Shown in pieces: positions 1-12,550 of a DNA stretch of 64,000 bases (position 1 is the stretch's first letter; each line of letters opens with the position of its first letter). Source of the DNA: Eledone cirrhosa (taxonomy: Eukaryota); the NCBI GenBank assembly GCA_964016885.1, contig OZ024745.1, positions 52,142,001 through 52,206,000 on the forward strand. The letters are read 5' to 3'. The translations under genes and the position numbers were made by a program. The notes under the pieces were generated by a model. That model made no database searches. It was given only the letters and a program-made list of their open reading frames with translations, and was not told the origin of the DNA.

Positions 1-148
1 AAAGTTTGAAAAAATTCGGTTGTGTATTTCTCCGGTTTTAGGGATTCAAACTCAGACACACACACACACACGCACACACACACACACACACACATACACA
101 CACACGCGCGCGCGCGCGCGCACGCACACGCACGCACACACACACACA

Positions 149-184
<36 letters not shown>

Positions 185-1000
185 TCCTCAGGGAAGTAAC
201 GTAATGCAGACATCAAAAGATATATTATAAGGGCGCGACGTTATATCTATGTATCTATCTAAAAGGAGAAAGACTAAGAATTATAGAGCGAGATCGCTAA
301 ATTGCCTAATGCGGTCCCTAGGGCATTGCAAATTTGAATTTTTTCTTTTACTCAGAACACTCCCTGATACATAAGTATTACATGTGTAAAGTTTGAAAAC
401 AGTCGGTTTGGTGCTTCTCTACAATACTAAGCGGTAAAATAGTAACTGTTGTTCCCGTAAAGGCACGTAAGTAAACAAACTGAAGCTATTACAGCGATGT
501 TTTTCTTTACCAGCTTTAACTTTTAGTGTTGTGTGAAATATATAACCTACAAACCTGATTTTTGAATCGGAGCAGGATCGACTTTATTTCACTCGCTCCA
601 CTAAAAGTTGGATTTGCTTTACTCACGGTATGAAGAAGAGACTGACTAATACATAGTTACCGGCTTTCATTTTTAGTGTTGTGTGAAATATACAACCTCC
701 TTAGCTAAGCTTAGTATTGCTGACGTAATGCAGACAGTCAGACATACAGACAGATAATATAAGGGCGCGCGTTATATGTATGTATCAATCTAAAAAGAGA
801 AAGACAGAATTATAGAGCGAGATCGCTAAATCGCCTAATGCGGTCCCTATGGCATTGGAAATTTGAAATCTCTTTCGCTCAGAACACTCCCTGAAACATA
901 AGTATTACATGTGTAAAATTTGAACAGTCGGTTGGGTGGTTCTCGAGTTTTAGGGATTCGAACTCACAGACGGACATCCTCAGTTTTATATATATAGATA
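1..1000. repeat. Diverged tandem copies of an interspersed repeat (possibly Helentron/DINE-like) with internal (CA)n
   Basis: The block gtaatgcagaca...gagcgagatcgctaaat...cagaacactccctga...catgtgtaaa occurs at ~200-410 and ~725-925. ggttttagggattc..actca and gacatcctcag recur at 35-190 and 945-985. The region ends ttttatatatatagat. Confidence 0.6.
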
Positions 1001-2040
1001 AGGAAGCTTAGGGACTGATTATAATAGTGAAGATATGCAAAGATCCACCTAGGTGTAATGGATTTATAAATATCTCGTACTGCAAAACCACTAATTTGAT
1101 TTGCGCATCTTCATTGACTTACATGTACATATCCATTTTTCGCCTTTAAAACGTACCAGCACGATACTCTATAACTTACATTCTTAGATTTTGATGCATA
1201 TTGCTTACTGCGTGTTTATATATTTATTGTTTTCAAATCTTTAAAATATACAAGTGTATATTTCTTCACACTTCTTTTTACGTGACTTTTATGTATTAAC
1301 ATTTTAATAGCAAAGTTCTAGTCAATGTTTGTAGATTCATCTGCACATGTTGACCTCTTATGTAAGATTAGTATATAACAATTTAATCATCTAAATTTTA
1401 GAACATGTGATCATGTCAACTGCAACCGTGTACCTTGTGCCAGCGCCCCACTTTCATCTTATTTCAATATTCAATTTTTTTTTAATATGCAAAAGTTCAT
1501 GAATAATAAATTTCTTACTTTTTTTTCTACTCATTTTGAGATGTGTAGGAGCAAAATGTCATTTACATGTCCCGTACAACAATTGAAAAAAAGAATACAA
1601 AGGAATAAGAAAAATGAATCTGCTATCCAACACCATAAGAAGTACAAGGCAAAATAAAGATACAAGCTGTATATAATTCAAATCTAACGTACATCTAAAA
1701 ATAGAAATATACACTGGAAGGAATTTTCCGTAAATAAAATGAGCGCCGATACAATTTGGTGCTAAATAAAACTAAAAAAAAATGTAGGTAGTGCCATGAA
1801 AGAAGTATGAAGTAACGAGGTAAGGGGAAAGAAGGAAAAGAAAATATATGAAGTCTAGAGATAGAAAAACAAAAGGAAATTGAAGTGAAGAACAAAAACG
1901 GGGGAACAGTAAAGAGAACACAAAGATAATGAGGAATATGAGGAAAAGGCGAAAGCGTATTGTAAATAATATTCTAAAAACATTGAGGGGACGGGCAGGA
2001 CGAAATCGGAAATCGGAAAATGTTTAGAGAAATATAATCG

Positions 2041-2218
2041 TTTCTAGTTTAGGCACAAGGCCAGCAATTACACAGTGCATTACTGGTACTTTATTTTATC
2101 GACCCCGTAAGGATGAAAGGCAAAGTCAACCTCGGCAGGATTTCAACTCAGATCGTAAAGGGACGTAACTATGCTGGAAAGCATGGCGTCCGACCCTCTA
2201 CCGACACTGCCAATCCAC
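2041..2218 (-). mobile_element. tRNA-derived SINE
   Basis: The minus strand has an A-box-like TGGCAGTGTCGG, a B-box-like GAGTTGAAATCC and the core GCCTTTCATCCTTACGGGGTCGATAAAATAAAGTACCAG. Four near-identical copies occur in the window. Confidence 0.8.
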
Positions 2219-3618
2219 AAATGTTTAGAGAAAAATAATAGGTTCATTCATGTTGCCATCTCTTAGAAAACTGTGGATGCTGTCATTTTGTGTATGATAT
2301 ACATTTTTATAAAAGTGTATGATGGAGGCCGTTGTGTGTGTGAGTGTGTATGTATGTCTGTGCATTTATGTGTGTGTGATTATGTGTCTCTGTGTGTGCG
2401 TATGTGTGTGTAAGTATTATTTATGCACAGACAGGCCTATTATTGGCTGAGTACAGATAACCGATTTATCGGACGTTGATCTTTCATAAGGCATTGTGAT
2501 AGAAAGTGAGTATTGTAATTAACTGTATGAAATATGATATATTTCATAATTAATCACAAGTATGAAGATATTATTTGAAAGCAAATAATGACAATATTAG
2601 ATTGATTTTACCTCAGGAGGTATCATTTACGTGTTATTAAACTTGATTGTTAAATTTATTTTTTATGTTTCAGATAAGATTACTGGATTTTTTTAATACA
2701 TTTAATTAAACATTTAAATTAAGATTACTGAACAGTGACTGTATACGTTCAATTAAGTACATAATGGGAAACTTTATAACTAATTAATAATTTTTTAAAG
2801 AAACATTAAACATATTCTCCCAGGCGAGTAAACGTGTGCAACTACTATAGTGAGATCATTTAACCTACAATGAATTATGCATCATGTTCAGTGATATATA
2901 ATTTCTATCTTTGAGGTCAGTACGATCGAGTATTAGAAAACTGATTATATTACACTAGTGTGCTAACTTGTGCAACCTGGGAAATAATATGCATCTAATG
3001 TAGATTCTTTTATAATCAGTTAATTCAATAAAAAATGAGATAAAACATTAATGTGATTAGTTGACAAGGAATCCGATATCAATTAGCTTACGATCAACCG
3101 TTGCAACACTAATATATATATATATATTTACATACATATGTTGGGGGATTTTTATGTGTGAATGTGTCTATTATGTATAATATATTATCATTTTACATTG
3201 TATATGAACAGCTACATTCAGGAGTCCAGCAATTCAAAAACAAAAGAAACAACAAGAATGTTTCCCAATTTCAAATTAGGTCCATGACGTTCTAAACGTT
3301 GAGGTATAAAACAGATGCGTAGTTCGACCAGGGATGTATCTCTGACACGGTTTGCTGATATTTTACACCAAATGCTCCACTAATGTTTTCTGTTCATATA
3401 CATTGCTGCACATTTAAAATAAAATAAGAATTTCAAATTTGCCATGGACCTCGTAAAGAGTCTCGGAATTGAAATTAGACGTTAATCATTGAATTGTTCA
3501 CTTTGATATAATTGTTATCGATATTATCCTGGGTAAAATAAATATATGTTGATATTTACCGTTGATTTCTCTGTCCACATTTTCCTCGCTCTCATATCAA
3601 TGGAGAAATATATATGTG

Positions 3619-3685
<67 letters not shown>

Positions 3686-3726
3686 TGGATATATATATAT
3701 ATAATAATAAATATTTTAATAAATAA

Positions 3727-3831
<105 letters not shown>

Positions 3832-3930
3832 TATATATGTAGGAGGTGAGTTTTATTGTATGACAATAAAGCAATGCAGATATCGGATAAGTACCACTCT
3901 ACAGTTTGTAGGACTGGAGTATAAATAATA

Positions 3931-4228
3931 TAAGATCAAAAGATGGTTAAAAGAGTTCCATGTATTTTACTATGCGCATTTCAAAAACAAATATCATCAT
4001 GCGATGACATTTGCGTTTTCGTCAGATAAAATAGGGAGACATGATATTGATTTTAAATCAATATATGTTGATTTAAAACTTCACTATTCACAAGTGTTTT
4101 TTAACCTTCATATCATGTCTCCCTATTTTATCTGACAAAAACGCAAATGTCATCGTATGATGATATTTGTTTTTGAAATGCGCATAACAAAATACATTGA
4201 ACTCTTTTAACCATCTTTTGATCTTATA
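3931..4228. mobile_element. Palindromic PLE pLTR-type insert between (TA)n tracts
   Basis: 3931-4060 is the reverse complement of 4068-4228 (right arm has ~35 extra nt). Each arm carries an HHR motif. A single related arm lies at 37303-37462. Confidence 0.85.
3963..4033 (-). ncRNA. Minimal type-I hammerhead ribozyme
   Basis: Minus strand reads TATTTTAT-CTGACGA-[AAACGCAAATGTCATC gcat GATGATATTTGTTTTT]-GAAA-TGCGCA-TA-GTAAAATA. The mirror copy at 4124-4194 (+) has a mutated core, CTGACAA. Confidence 0.85.
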
Positions 4229-4262
4229 TATATATATATATATGTGTGTGTGTATATCATTA

Positions 4263-5256
4263 TCTATAAAAGGCAGATTGTTGTTGTTGTGTGTGTGTAT
4301 GTTCTATGTTTATACATTTGCACAATTTCAAACCGATCCGACTCAACGTCTGTAAGAATGTTGTAAATGGTCTAAGGTAGGTCAAGGATTATTTATTTCA
4401 TTCAAACTCACCCACAATTATGGAAATAATCGATAAAACTAAATACATGACGCTTTACCCCTCTAATAGAATCTGATACCTCTCTCTACTCACCTTAAAA
4501 TTCAATAAAACTACATACATGCTTACAAACTTCCTTTAGGAACGCCGAAGAGAGAGATGGGGAGAGGGAGAGAGAACGTTTGTTTTTGAGTGTGGAACGG
4601 TCAAACATTTATTTACTTCAATGACAAAGAGAACTTATTACATTTCATACGAAACAACAATTATTCAAAAGCAACAGATATATTTATTCAATGAAAAAAA
4701 AATAGCGATAAATCTTTTTTTAAAACCTCTCAACGAACGTGGAAGAAAGAAGTATCAGTTTATTTACTATACACAATAATATATTCTATGAGGTCACTAA
4801 ACCTGCTAGAAACAGCAGGTGACTCTCCCTCATATCACACCCCTCCCTGCTGTCTTAAATTTAGAAAACGTATCCTCTATGAGGTCACTAAACCTGCTAG
4901 AAACAGCAGCTAACTCTCCCCCATATCACACCACTCCCTACTGTCTTAAATTTAGAAAACACACATTAGATAACCATGCAGAACAACTCCATCGCAGTTC
5001 TGTTGTTCGGCTGGCATCGTCTACGCGTGTCTTGTGCAAGTACTGTGAAACAATAAATTTCAACGCTTCTTTGCACAGAGATTATATCCATAGGCGAAAC
5101 TACAATTGTCACTGCTGGCGCAGCTCCTGCTTCGGCAGTCCAGGTCTGCAATTCATTCACCCAGTGCCTGGCAGACAAATAATAGCTGCCATAAAATGGG
5201 TGGTGCAACCTAACCTTGGTAACTTACTGACGCCGAGCAACGCCGGGCTTTAATGC

Positions 5257-5259
<3 letters not shown>
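4263..5259 (+). mobile_element. Non-autonomous Helitron
   Basis: Starts with TC after an A and ends GCCGAGCAACGCCGGGC-tttaatg-CTAG before a T, the classic Helitron terminus with GC-rich subterminal hairpin. It has an internal ~90-bp tandem duplication (4785-4960). Confidence 0.75.
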
Positions 5260-5337
<78 letters not shown>

Positions 5338-5368
5338 AATGTATTTATACATGTATATATATATATAT

Positions 5369-5882
5369 ATGAAAACAGGGCGAAAGAGACGATTATTAGG
5401 AAGAAAAATAGATTTTTTTTCTTTTTTTATTTCTCTCTCTTTTTTGGGGGGGTTGGAAAATGATTAAAACGAAATTTTTTACTTTGTGTGAGGTGTTAAG
5501 GTATTAGTTGATTGTTTTTATTATTTAACAATCGCATTTATTTATCTATTTATATATTTAATAATTGTCTATTACCGGTTTCAGCATTTTTATGCATTAT
5601 CAAATGATAGGGAAATGTATTAGTGTGGTGTCACACATGTTAAAGAGAAGGCGCAGAAAGAATAATGATATTTACAAACAAGGTTTATGAAATGAAAAGA
5701 AAAAAGAAAAAGGAAAAAAAAAACGGGCGTAATGTAGAACATAAAAAGTTGATGTGAAAGAAAAAATAATGTTATTTACAGGCCTAGTTCTTGAAGTTAA
5801 GCAAATCAAAATGTGTTAATATAGCAACAGTGCTTATGTATTTTTGTTCCTAATAATCGTCTCTTTCTCCCTGTTTTCATAT
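5369..5882. mobile_element. PLE 3'-end insert with short inverted second arm
   Basis: 5369-5402 is the reverse complement of 5847-5881. TA runs flank both sides. An HHR-like motif lies on the minus strand at 5569-5610. Confidence 0.65.
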
Positions 5883-5917
5883 ATATATATATTTAACTCG
5901 TGTGCTTCCTCTTCACA

Positions 5918-5955
<38 letters not shown>

Positions 5956-6111
5956 ATTACGATTCTTTTCCAAATGATTTAATACTATAGAAGCAGTTCT
6001 AGTTCTTTATAAAAGAAAGATGACTATTCTATACTAACGTATTGAATGCACTTTTAAATGTGGTCATCTTGCGAGACCCAAAAGGAATCAATGCATTAAA
6101 TATATATATAC

Positions 6112-6213
<102 letters not shown>

Positions 6214-6302
6214 GTAAGAGAGCTTATGTATGTACCTTTGAATGTGAGTGCGTGTATATATGTATGTACATAGTAATCACGAGGAATAATGTTCCATACT
6301 AA

Positions 6303-7574
<1,272 letters not shown>

Positions 7575-7605
7575 CATATATATATATATATATATTTATA
7601 TATAC

Positions 7606-7675
<70 letters not shown>

Positions 7676-7679
<4 letters not shown>

Positions 7680-9787
7680 AGGATGAATATAAAATGAAAG
7701 TGCTTTTGTTAAAAAAGGAATTTATTAGGTATTAACATATGTTTCTGTAACAGACCGAATACCTATGTATCGCTGCTTGCGTAATCATATAATGTTAGCA
7801 AGTATTCGATAGCAAATGTATAATCAGTTGTCACTTCTTCAGAGATTTTGGATAAACTGGATAAAATCAGAAAAATTGAAGTATTTATATTAGTAAAAGA
7901 GGAAGGAACAGAGGGGATAGAATATGACAGATGGTAAAATAATTTACTGCTAAACAAGTATATAATGGGTTTTTAATGAGAATACCATGAGTAAATCTAA
8001 ATAAGAATTTTGGGGGTGCCGATTTTAATCTCTACTTGACCAACTGGACAGTGGACAGGGCTGGTCATTTGGTGCAGTAGTATTAATCATAAAGTGTCAA
8101 TTGGGGAAGGGGGAGATTTCGATTGCTACTAAATAACATCAATGCTAGTAGTCAGCTGGTATTTGCACTAGGGAATTGAATCAAAAAATCAGAAATCTCA
8201 TTTTATCTATAGCAGTTTGTATTAAAAGGTAAATAATAGAAGAGTTGATAGAATTAAGACTAATAAAGAATGTTCATATCTATTTTGACAATCAAACGGG
8301 GATAGAGACAGGCGTTCAATCCTGGTAGTATTTATAATATGAAAATGTAGATTTTAAGCGATGGTTACAGTATAACGATCGCTCTATTCTGTTATTTAAT
8401 AAAATGTTTTTGGATTTCATAATACAAAATAATTCTACATTACATAATCTACAAAATTCCTGTCCATTGGAATATGGGGGGGCAGTCGCTATTATATCCC
8501 ATTTTAGGTGAAATTGTTGGTTATTTTCACGCAGCTGCCAAGCCTTGTCTGCGAGTGTTGTTACATAACGCTGGTTTTCATGTTTTATCGAATAACGATG
8601 TCTATAAAGGCGTGATTTAAAGGAGGTGGCTGTAGATCCCACATAGTACCACTTCTGTCTATCCGATTCGATAGTACATTTGTATACGATGTTGCGTTCA
8701 AGACAGTGATTGTTCAACGGACACATTCCTGGTTGGACACAGTTGCAATTACAATTTTGCGTTGTTGTATTGCCATGGATGGGTTGATGAGGTTGCTTAT
8801 GTAGGACAGGATGTTGTTTGTTGTTTTGTGATGTTATAGCTAATGTTTTACGTGTATTGTTATGTGTTGGAAGGCGTTTATACAACCGTTTTGCGTTAAG
8901 CATTTTTATATGTTGTTCAATATTAGGGGCGGTTGAATATGAAAGTCGGATGGTGTTAGGGTTTAAGATTTTATTATATTTATGTGATGTTGGAAAGTGT
9001 TTTCTAACTAATCGAAAGAATTTTGAGGGTAGATTGGTTTTAATAGATTTGTTATAGACCGGGTTGTACCAGATATACTCCTTACATCGCCTTCTGTTTG
9101 GTGGTGTGCGACTATTATTGTGTCTATTGCGGTAGTGTATGTATGGTGGTGATTCTGTGCTATTTCTACTCCTATGTGATTTATTTTGGGTGTTTTGGTG
9201 ATCATTGACTATATACTCTATATTATCTAGGTGACCGGCTTTCCTAAGTGCATCATCATAATACTCGGCATGTTCTTTGAAGGTTTGTTGGTTGGACGAT
9301 AGGCGGGAGATTCTAAGAGAAACATTTCTAGGGATGGATTTAATTATAGAGAGTGGATGGTTAGAACTCGTATTTACATACTTAAGGTTCTCATTTAGTT
9401 TATGGAACGGTTTAATCGTATCTGTATTGAGATTGAAAGTAACATCAAGGAAATTGACCTCTTTGAGGTTATATTCAAATGTAATATTTAATCCTAGTTC
9501 TTTAAAAAGTTTTCTGATATTTTTACGCATCCTTTCTAAATTCTGGTTATTCATATTCTTAACTAATAGGAGCGCATCGTCACGGTAAATTCCACCGTGG
9601 AGATCCTTGAAACATATGTCAATACCTAATAAATTCCTTTTTTAACAAAAGCACTTTCATTTTATATTCATCCTTTCTACATTTCTCCGGAATATAATTT
9701 ATACTCGTTGAGCAAACCTGCACGTACGCTGTTCATCTCTAACGTAACGATATATTATCACTACATTATTGATAACCTGAAATTTTA
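7676..9787 (-). mobile_element. 5'-truncated YRDD-type PLE plus inverted pLTR piece
   Basis: The ORF is on the minus strand. 7676-7745 is the reverse complement of 9613-9679. (TA)n flanks both sides. Confidence 0.9.
8316..9605 (-). CDS. PLE RT C-terminal part plus GIY-YIG endonuclease (5'-truncated)
   Basis: In-frame GGIYRDDALL upstream of the listed Met, VNFLDVT, SSNHP, CNC..CPL..CL, NIVYKC...YYVGST..FKSR..RH, C-terminal CRLCNVE. Confidence 0.9.
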   Translation of the reverse strand, partial: DLHGGIYRDDALLLVKNMNNQNLERMRKNIRKLFKELGLNITFEYNLKEVNFLDVTFNLNTDTIKPFHKLNENLKYVNTSSNHPLSIIKSIPRNVSLRISRLSSNQQTFKEHAEYYDDALRKAGHLDNIEYIVNDHQNTQNKSHRSRNSTESPPYIHYRNRHNNSRTPPNRRRCKEYIWYNPVYNKSIKTNLPSKFFRLVRKHFPTSHKYNKILNPNTIRLSYSTAPNIEQHIKMLNAKRLYKRLPTHNNTRKTLAITSQNNKQHPVLHKQPHQPIHGNTTTQNCNCNCVQPGMCPLNNHCLERNIVYKCTIESDRQKWYYVGSTATSFKSRLYRHRYSIKHENQRYVTTLADKAWQLRENNQQFHLKWDIIATAPPYSNGQEFCRLCNVELFCIMKSKNILLNNRIERSLYCNHRLKSTFSYYKYYQD

Positions 9788-9818
<31 letters not shown>

Positions 9819-9833
9819 ATACATATATATATA

Positions 9834-9918
<85 letters not shown>

Positions 9919-9974
9919 ACAATAACAGATTAATATTTAAGCGAAGAATCGCTGCTTTCACCCAATATATATAT

Positions 9975-10022
<48 letters not shown>

Positions 10023-10355
10023 GTACATATATATATATATATGTGCATGTATGTATATATATATACATACTACTGTACGTCTGTATACATATATGTGTGT
10101 ACGTATACATACTTATATTTTTACGTAACGGCCGTACTAAGAGTGGGAAATGAAATTTCGTTTCATTTTTTTCCGTTTATATATATATATATATATATAT
10201 CGTTACACTTTGGGAGGGTCATGCTGCCAATAAGAAACACACGCACCAGTTGCTTTCACTTCAATTTAATTTATTAAATATTTATAAATTTACAAATTTA
10301 TAAATTTCTGGTTGGTTGGTTGGTTCCACAACCAGATAGTTGTTTATATATATAT

Positions 10356-10400
10356 AGTCATAGTTCTTTCGTCACACACTCTGTGACCTCTTCAGTGACT
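10356..10400 (-). ncRNA. Minimal type-I hammerhead ribozyme
   Basis: Reverse complement of the HHR at 15456-15500. Confidence 0.85.
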
Positions 10401-10705
10401 GGGGATTTCTTTCTTCGTTTCTGTGCCTTTCCTTTCTTCTATCCTACGCCTTTTTGTTTGTGTGTGGGTTGCGTGCTCAGTTTGCGCATGCGCCACATCC
10501 GGGTGTCTGTGTGTGTTTGTGTTCATTTTTCTATTTTTCTATTTATATTTTTCTATTTGTTTGTTTATTTATTTATTTATTGTTGGTTGGTTGTTTGTTC
10601 TATGTGTGTGTGTGTTTTCATTTTGTCTTGTGTGTGTTTTCATTTTGTGTGTGTTTTCAATTGTAAGTTGTTTGTTCTATGTGTGTGTGTGTTTTCATTT
10701 TGTCC

Positions 10706-11385
10706 TTAATTGTAAGTTGTGATGTTGCTGTTCCACTCATATTTTCTATTTAATTTTGGTTTTAATTCTTTTATGCTTACTGCCTCTGTAATTTGCCTAA
10801 ACATTGCGTCTTTCTTGTGTGTGGATTCTATTTTTATTTCTATGCTCTCTAATTTACCCCTGTGTTCTATCTTAGCATGTTGGTAGAGCACAGATGATTC
10901 TTTACTATCTTGGAGGTCTCGCCAGTGTTCATTTATTCGTTCCCCTATACTACGAGCTGTCTCACCTATGTACACTACATTTTTGTTTCTACATTGTCCT
11001 TCAGTACATCTTATGCTATATACTACATTTCTAGTTTTACAGTTAATATGGGGGCTTATTTTACAGGTTATACATTTCTTATCTATACATGAGGGTCTTT
11101 GGAACGGGTATGTCTTGCTAATAAGTGTTTTTACGGAGGTACCAGGTCTTTCTACTATCTTAATATTGAGATTATGTTTCTTTAGGGCCCTTCTAAATTT
11201 GTAGGCTAGTTCGCCTCTAGGGGTTGTATTGATGAACATTACACTCTGGTATTTATTGCTATCATACCATGAGTTTATTCTATTGGCCTTGTTCCTAGTT
11301 CTTTCTATTCTATTCCAAAATTTGATCCTATACAAGGGGCAGGTCCCATTTATGTCATTATTTACCATTTTTTCCCGTTTGGTTC
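10706..11385 (-). pseudogene. Inverted duplicate of the PLE linker plus GIY-YIG coding region
   Basis: Protein nearly identical to the last ~220 aa of ORF 12523-15222 (VVYSIRC...YIGET), with a 3-aa indel. Confidence 0.9.
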
Positions 11386-11419
11386 GTGTTTCTTATTGCG
11401 TGTGTTTCTTATTGGCAAC

Positions 11420-12550
11420 ATGACCCTCCCAAAGTATAACAATATCGGTTTCAACACACGATTTCAGATAAAGAATCTTGCTAAACAAATTCAGAAACGA
11501 AATATCGTAAGCCTTAGCCAGGCTAACAAGATACTGAAAACCACCATGTTCTGTTGTCTACGAAAAACCATAACATCTCGACAACTACACTTCATAAAAC
11601 TGTGCACCACTTCTAGAATCTACACCAACACCATCAATACCGACGTTAGAAGATTACAACTCACCAAAAAACAAGCAGATAGGCTAAATCGAACTTTAAT
11701 TCTAAACATAAAAAAGAAGATCTATAGAGAATTAAGTCATCAAGAAAAACTAAAGCGTAACCTAATACAAGAAATATCTAAAATCACCACACCAGCAGAA
11801 AAACTAACATTTATAAGCCTTATACGCCCCGAAGAACAGTACATTACTAAAGAATGTAATAAGCACTTTAACAGAAAATTAAAGTGGCTTAAACAGGCAA
11901 AGCTAAATCGGGATACTATAGAGTATACCAATAGATATCCCGACAAAATTGACGGTATCAACATGGCCGACACCTCATTATCTGAAGAGTTCAACAATGA
12001 AAATACCAACATTTATGGAAACACGGAAATAGATAATAATGAAATGTCTGTGTTACGTCTGCCACCCAAATTTGCGACATTCAAGAAGGTAAATATGATT
12101 AGTTGTCTGTCAGAAATAGAAAAATCATTTACGAAACTACGCTGGAGCATCAAAAACAAAAACAAAAGCAACAATATACGCACACACATATACAACACAC
12201 ATCCCAACAACAACAGACACACAGACACAAACAACAATAACAACAACAATAGCAACATACCCAGATACAACAACAACAACAGCAACATACCCAGATACAA
12301 CAACAACAGACACGCAGACACAAACAACAATAACAACACACACGGAGACAACAATAACAACAACACACACATCAACAACAACAACAATAGCAACATACCC
12401 AGATACAACAACAACAGACACGCAAACACAAACAACAATAACAACACACACAGCAACGATAACACACACACACACGGAGACAACAACAACACACATCAAC
12501 AACAACAACACACACGCATTCAATGCCTCTCACCACCACCACAATCTTAA
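11420..12550 (+). CDS. PLE polyprotein N-terminal part with Asn-rich linker, frameshifted from the downstream part
   Basis: ATG at 11420 gives [29 protein letters not shown] matches [20 protein letters not shown], which is in frame with RT in the element at 53302-56287. Confidence 0.85.
   Translation: MTLPKYNNIGFNTRFQIKNLAKQIQKRNIVSLSQANKILKTTMFCCLRKTITSRQLHFIKLCTTSRIYTNTINTDVRRLQLTKKQADRLNRTLILNIKKKIYRELSHQEKLKRNLIQEISKITTPAEKLTFISLIRPEEQYITKECNKHFNRKLKWLKQAKLNRDTIEYTNRYPDKIDGINMADTSLSEEFNNENTNIYGNTEIDNNEMSVLRLPPKFATFKKVNMISCLSEIEKSFTKLRWSIKNKNKSNNIRTHIYNTHPNNNRHTDTNNNNNNNSNIPRYNNNNSNIPRYNNNRHADTNNNNNTHGDNNNNNTHINNNNNSNIPRYNNNRHANTNNNNNTHSNDNTHTHGDNNNTHQQQQHTRIQCLSPPPQS

Noticed and set aside
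2041-2218. tRNA gene
   Set aside because: A and B boxes are present but no cloverleaf is evident; four dispersed copies with a common body indicate a SINE.
4819-5253. 144-aa ORF
   Set aside because: Lies inside a non-autonomous Helitron, starts at GTG in a tandem duplication and has no recognisable motif.
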